Assembly: GCF_964355755.1 (NCBI RefSeq)
Contig: NC_092676.1
Location: forward strand, 14,588,871 to 14,652,870
Direction of reading: 5' to 3'
From: Antedon mediterranea
Lineage: Eukaryota > Animalia > Echinodermata
DNA: 64,000 bases
The position numbers and the translations under genes are program-made. This document shows, piece after piece, positions 60,801 through 64,000 of the stretch (the first letter of the stretch is position 1; each line of letters starts with the position of its first letter). The notes under the pieces were generated by a model that worked only from the letters and a program-made list of their open reading frames with translations, made no database searches and had not been told where the DNA came from.

Positions 60801-63237
60801 ACACAAGATTCCCGATGATAGTAACAACACACACCATGACAAATTCCATGAATCCATAATTTAATACATTAAAATCACAATCACATCCCCTCGTGATCAG
60901 ATGTCTCTCCAATTCCCCGCCGCACTTTTTTAACTTCATGACCCTTGACATAATAAACTACAGTTAGTTATGAGCGATCTGTCAATACCGTTGTTTTTTT
61001 ACCGGCCGTTCATTTTTCACGGAACAGATTTGGTGTAAACCCTGCTATTGTTTTAACGCTTTTCTATTAATGTTTTAATTGTTTGAAAGAACAATACCTT
61101 AAAATTAAGAGAAATAACAACATGGACTGTCATAGAAGCAAATTTCTCTCTTCCCATGGTGTACCGTATTAATTATGAATAATTATGAAGTAGAAACGAA
61201 ATGAAAATAAAAATGTCCGTAAGGCGCGCCTATTTGAAAATAATTCACATTCATGTCTGGGTGTGTGTGCATGTAACCTATAGGCTACCCATAATGCTTA
61301 TACAATTTGTATTCTTGCCTTTAGATTTGTTATGATTTTAATGTTATTTTATTCCTTTTATATTGATGTATATATACAGTTGTAGACCGAAGTATATTGT
61401 TTAAATATTATTCATTAAAATGTCTTCTTCGACAGTTATTTCTGTATACAAAATGTGAAGAAATATTTATTTATTTCAAACAATATAAATAAATACTACC
61501 TATCAATTAAACGAAAACCGATCAGGCCCAGTGTGTTATAATTTATATTGAATTTTCCGTTTTATTTCGTCTATTATGTAGGCCCTAGTCCAACCGTACT
61601 CTGTGATGTTTATCCTGCCATTATAATATTAACATACCGTACTATATCCTGCCATTGTAATAAATGAACTACTATATTAGCACTTTTTGCGTTTCATAGT
61701 TTTTAGAGGCCGAGTTGACGGATTAGTTTTTAGAGGCCGAGTTGACGGATTAGTTTTTGGCCGAGTTGACGTGAGGCCGAGCTGACTTGAGGCCGAGCTG
61801 ACTTGAGGCCGAGTTGACTTGAGGCCGAGTTGATGTGGGGCCGACTTGACTTGGGGCCGACTTGACGTGGGGCCGACTTGACTTTGGCCGAGACGGTTTA
61901 GGGCCGAGACGGTTTAGGGCCAAGTTGGATCGAATTCGTCTAAAAAACACATTTTTTGTATAAATTTGCCGTTCTAATATAGACTAATGGTGGAATTGAA
62001 AGGTGCCCCAGCTCAAATGGCGCTAGTATCAGACTTGCGGTTTAAGAGGAGATATAGGAACAAATTTTGGCTTAGCGCTATTGCAATATAGATATGAGGC
62101 ATGGCATCACAAAATCGGCGTAGTGTCGAAAATAATAATTTTTTAGATTTTTATATATTCGTAATCTATATTTATAACGGCAAACCAATAACGGCAAACT
62201 AGTCGAAAATATATCACTGTGTGGTACATAATATTACATTTTTTGTTATTTAAAAAAAATATATGGATAAAAATAACTTCCTAAATATTCACAAAATTTT
62301 ATAAACGTTCATTCGAGAAACTACAATGGAAGCCATGCTTTTTCATTGTAAACAAAAGCGTCAGCCAATCAGAGAGCTTAATTTTTAATCCCAGTCAAGG
62401 ATTCACAAATTCTTGTTACGAAATTTTATCAACCTAACACCTTAATAAAACCAATTTCCATTAAAAAAATCCCTTAGGTTGTTAAAAAATATGGTAGCTG
62501 ATATATTTTCGAACAGATAGGTACCAAACACGACGTGAATCGGGTTAGCGGTTTGTTTACAAAAGCGCCGTAAAGAAAGTTGATTTTTGAGTGAACAAAT
62601 ATACAATTTCCTAATAATTTTCTATGGAAACGACTTAAATAATTGTAAAATACACATACTTGTGATATTTGTTAATGAACAAGAGTTTGATATAATATAA
62701 TAATAAGTGTTTATAGTATCGTTTTTTATTGAAATTTTAAAATGGATAGGTTAGGCTGTTTTTCACATTCTGAACTTCAAGGCTAAATATCTCAAAAGGT
62801 CGGGTTGCGACTCTGCGCCGCTTTTGTGATACCAGGCCTCATATTATAAATTGAGCCAAACAAACACAAAATAACCAATACCAGGAAATACATGATAGAG
62901 TTGAAAAAGTGTACTGTATATTTTCCGAGAGAGTTTACACATGTTGATTTTCTAGAGAATGGAATGTAAAAAATGTCTTTGGCACGTCACTCAGGGAGAA
63001 GTTTGTGCCTCCTCTGTGCTTTTACAGGGCTTTTCAATCTCTCAGGTCTCCCTGAATATCGAGGCGGGTGACAAAATATTATACTTCCATGTATCTAAAA
63101 CCAGAACCCAACATACCCACACCGAATTACTTTGGTCAACAATCCAAGCTGGTAGTGCAATGCCAAATGTGGCAGCAGTAGGCCCATCTGGATTTCCATA
63201 CTTTTGCCAATTAACTTTTGAATCTTCATTGGTCAAC
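24732..63237 (-). CDS. SEC63: SEC63 translocon co-chaperone; 17 exons in the window, 5' exons beyond 64000
   Basis: All exons are GT-AG and phase-compatible. The spliced protein parallels human SEC63 from the end of the J domain (YGNPDGP..FGIALPAWIVD) through the TM segment, WWY.SIRYS, the Sec63/Brl domain (PYSVKAR, KSPLYQLPH, EWWWVYIADRK, SDSY) to an acidic C terminus. Confidence 0.97.
25504..25605 (-). CDS. SEC63: SEC63 exon
   Basis: VLLQFNARKKGVFNYHICVISDSYLDLNQYIPMK; cgccag / gtatgt. Confidence 0.93.
25842..26202 (-). mobile_element. tRNA-derived SINE with a Nin/Deu central domain
   Basis: A box TGGCCGAGCGG, B box GGTTCGAGGCC, core CTCGGATAAGGACTATAAACCGTAGGTCC...TTAAAGAACCC...TTCGAAAAAGAGTAGGGG, and an AATAA-rich tail. 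Confidence 0.8.
26972..27008 (+). ncRNA. Minimal type I hammerhead ribozyme (Penelope-type)
   Basis: GCA-CUGAUGA-A-GGGC-uagucuu-GCCC-GAAA-GC-UC-UGC: stem I GCA/UGC, stem II GGGC/GCCC, palindromic AGCU stem III, and a CUC cleavage triplet. Confidence 0.72.
27273..27377 (-). CDS. SEC63: SEC63 exon
   Basis: EKNEWWWVYIADRKSKTLITLPNMVYDLKPGKQKE; ttttag / gttagt. Confidence 0.95.
28358..28620. mobile_element. tRNA-like core enclosed by ~68-bp inverted repeats (same family as the 8263-8601 element)
   Basis: 28358-28425 is the reverse complement of 28549-28619 with about 10 differences. Confidence 0.7.
28896..29037 (-). CDS. SEC63: SEC63 exon
   Basis: DEDTNITSDEVEDEDWNNYQKDTKRKEKVLESQSRESYLVHCPYFPD; tttcag / gtaatt. 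Confidence 0.93.
30537..31247 (+). mobile_element. Helentron-associated (DINE-1/HINE-like) element(s)
   Basis: GACC/GACA microsatellites and a terminal hairpin AGTCGCGT-cc-ACGCGACT before an A run. The 5' part recurs at 63909-64000. Confidence 0.7.
31342..31418 (-). CDS. SEC63: SEC63 exon (acidic)
   Basis: EEEKENSECGSEEDDDDCDDKSKIS(G); ttacag / gtatgt. Confidence 0.85.
32025..33914 (+). mobile_element. 5'-truncated Rex1/Babar-like LINE containing an internal minisatellite
   Basis: YKYLGV..DNKLSW, FRKLNSF, SYCLVCWGG, MSDESHPLH, SGRLRVP..TNRYPNSFIPRGIGLFN; then AATAAA and an (ATGTCT)3 tail. Confidence 0.85.
32204..33557. repeat. 54-bp minisatellite, 25 copies
   Basis: Unit ggttggttagctggggtggaaacatctcacaaggtgatagggacagactacaaa; two units carry 1-bp deletions. 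Confidence 0.97.
35304..35462 (-). CDS. SEC63: SEC63 exon (Lys-rich)
   Basis: LEAKVKPKVWEKQKKKVHKKKSGGGNAKKKQKVKK...QNGIVSPVSSK; atatag / gtatgt. Confidence 0.87.
36957..37034 (-). CDS. SEC63: SEC63 exon
   Basis: AHVEEGNVEVENQEANVEEIEERSGN; ttctag / gtaagt; low-conservation linker. Confidence 0.8.
37515..38245 (-). mobile_element. CR1-like LINE fragment, degraded
   Basis: GTVIGPSLFSIFINDLP..IRLFADDTKIY (RT) and TRGH..FFSFRVVLLWNGL (C terminus), with an ACAAGTAA-type tail. Confidence 0.85.
39634..40518. mobile_element. Non-autonomous piggyBac-type element, 885 bp
   Basis: TTAA TSDs, perfect 13-bp TIRs CCCTTTCACTGCG / CGCAGTGAAAGGG, and three subterminal ATACCCGGTA.TACCGG palindromes. Confidence 0.9.
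42591..42906. repeat. 14-bp array (~5.5 copies) plus 15-bp array (~13.5 copies); probable MULE/foldback terminal arrays
   Basis: (attcacccctggtc)n then (gtggttattgcccgg)n, ending ttttcctacattc. Confidence 0.85.
42966..43048 (-). CDS. SEC63: SEC63 exon
   Basis: (V)RDDEDTSTVTEGCYVTVVVRLERNNLE; tcatag / gttggt (donor chosen for phase 0). Confidence 0.88.
43396..43490 (-). CDS. SEC63: SEC63 exon
   Basis: QMLSHMSDNEYNDVENVCLQLPFINVEYDIE; ttacag / gtagtg. Confidence 0.9.
44607..44797. mobile_element. PIF/Harbinger-type palindromic MITE, 191 bp
   Basis: TIRs AGGGCCTTTCACACCTG / CAGGTGTGAAAGGCCCT, TAA TSD, almost fully self-complementary. Confidence 0.9.
45571..45620 (-). CDS. SEC63: SEC63 exon
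   Basis: KIKTLTSFAKMSNSER; ttccag / gtaaaa. Confidence 0.88.
47150..47330 (+). mobile_element. Helentron-associated element, 3' end
   Basis: aatcctgctaacaaacagacaaa followed by the terminal hairpin TTACCTCC-ttggc-GGAGGTAA. Confidence 0.65.
47921..48066 (-). CDS. SEC63: SEC63 exon
   Basis: KHEPKLESIENMMKLCALIVQACLEKKSPLYQLPHFNEKTVIHCINKK; ttacag / gtaaga. Confidence 0.94.
48396..48488 (-). CDS. SEC63: SEC63 exon
   Basis: (D)KDYIVRKCPMLIHEMVSTAGQIVIYKHIGR; cctcag / gtatga. Confidence 0.93.
50945..51148. repeat. Degenerate GACCAC motif array (pogo/Tigger-like subterminal repeats)
   Basis: About 9 gacca(c/t)ctc-like motifs, then inverted gtggtc copies. Confidence 0.5.
51294..51426 (-). CDS. 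SEC63: SEC63 exon
   Basis: VMRAINEVGQNKENPFCQPYSVKARTLILAHLKRYLLPPSTLEI; tttcag / gtaagt. Confidence 0.94.
52150..52880 (+). mobile_element. RTE-clade LINE, 3' fragment
   Basis: DIKRRKQLA..LNDVW, YNSFVKPILTYNCGTWGLT, YHRRQLRHII..YPQRISN, WKLFGHI; stops and frameshifts; TAAA tail. Confidence 0.85.
53440..53945 (-). mobile_element. Highly degraded L2/Crack-like LINE fragment
   Basis: HVNSISKK..GIISRLSSFLP..LRTHY, then IVLVW-like and LQK remnants. Confidence 0.5.
54335..54710 (-). mobile_element. Rex1/Babar-like LINE RT fragment
   Basis: IPNIWKQSIIKPIPKK..LNDLRPIALTSLVM, LDPLQFAY, FSSAFNT; frameshifted. Confidence 0.82.
54878..55142. repeat. ~131-bp tandem duplication
   Basis: aaaagtaattttgaggagcag...ggaaggtcatcaaagaaaa occurs twice. 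Confidence 0.9.
56596..56995 (-). mobile_element. Composite SINE: 5S rRNA fragment, tRNA head, CORE-like segment, Nin/Deu domain, ACCTTT tail
   Basis: TAAGCAACGTTTGGCCCGG..GGATGGGAGACCG..GGGTGCTGTA (5S-like); TGATGTAATGG and GGTTCGAT (A/B boxes); TCCTTAAGCAAGATGCTTTACTCTC (CORE-like); TTCGGATGGGATGTAAAGCCG..TTCGAAAAGAGTAGGGG (Nin). Confidence 0.72.
57358..57452 (-). CDS. SEC63: SEC63 exon
   Basis: (R)ALMILGASREFNQVHNKEVCGRPSDNEEVPM; ttgcag / gtattt. Confidence 0.93.
58070..58178 (-). CDS. SEC63: SEC63 exon
   Basis: GTWWYQSIRYSAVKVLIETTQIYFYFIHKTPTMNLN; ttacag / gtatgt. Confidence 0.95.
58664..58714 (-). CDS. SEC63: SEC63 exon (TM segment)
   Basis: ILAIYGLAFMVILPIAV; ttttag / gtaagt. Confidence 0.93.
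59531..61937. mobile_element. Foldback/MULE-like element, 2.4 kb, with long modular TIRs
   Basis: 59540-59812 is inverted at ~61548-61927. Arms are built of 16-bp tcaactcggcctcaag units. G...C termini and a GTCTAAAA duplication at 59523-59530 and 61938-61945. A truncated copy lies at ~45758-45870. Confidence 0.85.
60547..60813 (+). pseudogene. PIF/Harbinger transposase N-terminal remnant
   Basis: MAAV..SDDSEEEIIL..RRKGK*VNE..RKKFGQFETLV (frameshift) LATNEDEFFNYFRMTLHQYSHLVSLIKDDITKRDTRF; preceded by a TIR-like AGGGGCATTCCCAC near 60402. Confidence 0.75.
62096..62840. mobile_element. Sola-type non-autonomous element, 745 bp
   Basis: GAG...CTC termini, imperfect ~33-bp TIRs (gaggcatggcatcacaaaatcggcgtagtgtcg), and an ATAT 4-bp TSD. 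Confidence 0.8.
63117..63237 (-). CDS. SEC63: SEC63 exon
   Basis: LTNEDSKVNWQKYGNPDGPTAATFGIALPAWIVDQSNSVW; ttctag / gtatgt. Confidence 0.95.
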
Positions 63238-64000
63238 CTAGAAAGAAATTTAGAAACATAACAATTTGTAAATTTATAATTTATAAAATATATATAATAA
63301 TCTATAAAAATTACATAAACATATATTAATGTCATGGATCGGAAAGCTTTTATTATATTATTGGTGGTGCAATATATCGCATTGCATTGCTATTGTTCAC
63401 TACTGGTATTTGCATAAGAAGGTGAAGCATTATATGGAATAGGCTGTGTTAGCATTTTTAGTTGTTGTCTAAGTAAGAAATGTTATATCATAGACATGTT
63501 ATATATCGTATTTCGATAAGTTTTGGATTTTTCGCCAATACTGTGAGTAGAAAAGTATACTTTCTAGGTTTTAATAATAATGTATTAATACTAATGATGA
63601 ATTTAAGGCCTACTTAGTTAACCCTTTAGCACCTAAAGCGCCCACAACCGCTCTGGCTTTTAAACACAATGTAGCTCTCTGTGAAGCCTAGCAACAAAAG
63701 AGAAACAGTGACGTAAAGCTTGGAAAATCCCCTTTTAGAATATGACATCATCTTTTGTGGCTTCTGTTTGACTATTAGCGACGTAATTTCCATTTAAAGT
63801 TCACAGGTTGGATCTAATATTTATGAAAACACATACTATACTCAGTAATGTTAAAGAAGTTTCGTTTGTCTGTAAAATGATGTAATCAACCTGTTTACAG
63901 GAGTAATTAACAAGGCCATTTACATGGCTGCAGTCGCGTTTTTAAGTTAGTGTTTACAGACCAACCACCGACCGACCAACATCTAGCGAGCTGTAGAGTC

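Overview
AT-rich, intron- and repeat-rich animal genomic DNA, probably a marine invertebrate (taxon is inference only). No prokaryotic genes or CRISPR arrays were found. Two host genes converge. The + strand carries the terminal ligand-binding-domain exon of an NR1-type nuclear receptor (9402-9697). The - strand carries 17 phase-consistent GT-AG exons of SEC63 (63237 to the stop at 24732; the 5' exons lie beyond the window). The window starts inside an intact Ty3/Gypsy (Mag/K02A2.6-like) gag-pol ORF with its polypurine tract and short 3' LTR. The rest is a mosaic of mobile elements: an AcademX relic; Rex1/Babar, CR1, RTE and L2-like LINE fragments; piggyBac-, Harbinger-, Sola-, hAT-, pogo-, MULE/foldback- and Helentron-type non-autonomous elements; Nin/Deu SINEs; and several minisatellites. 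The most interesting signals are (1) a minimal type I hammerhead ribozyme next to a modular (TA)n-associated repeat family carrying a tRNA-like cloverleaf with an ATC anticodon, suggesting a Penelope/retrozyme-like system, (2) a composite 5S-tRNA-CORE-Nin SINE, and (3) a 54-bp in-frame minisatellite born inside a LINE ORF. All calls were read by eye, and family names rest on recalled motifs rather than database searches.
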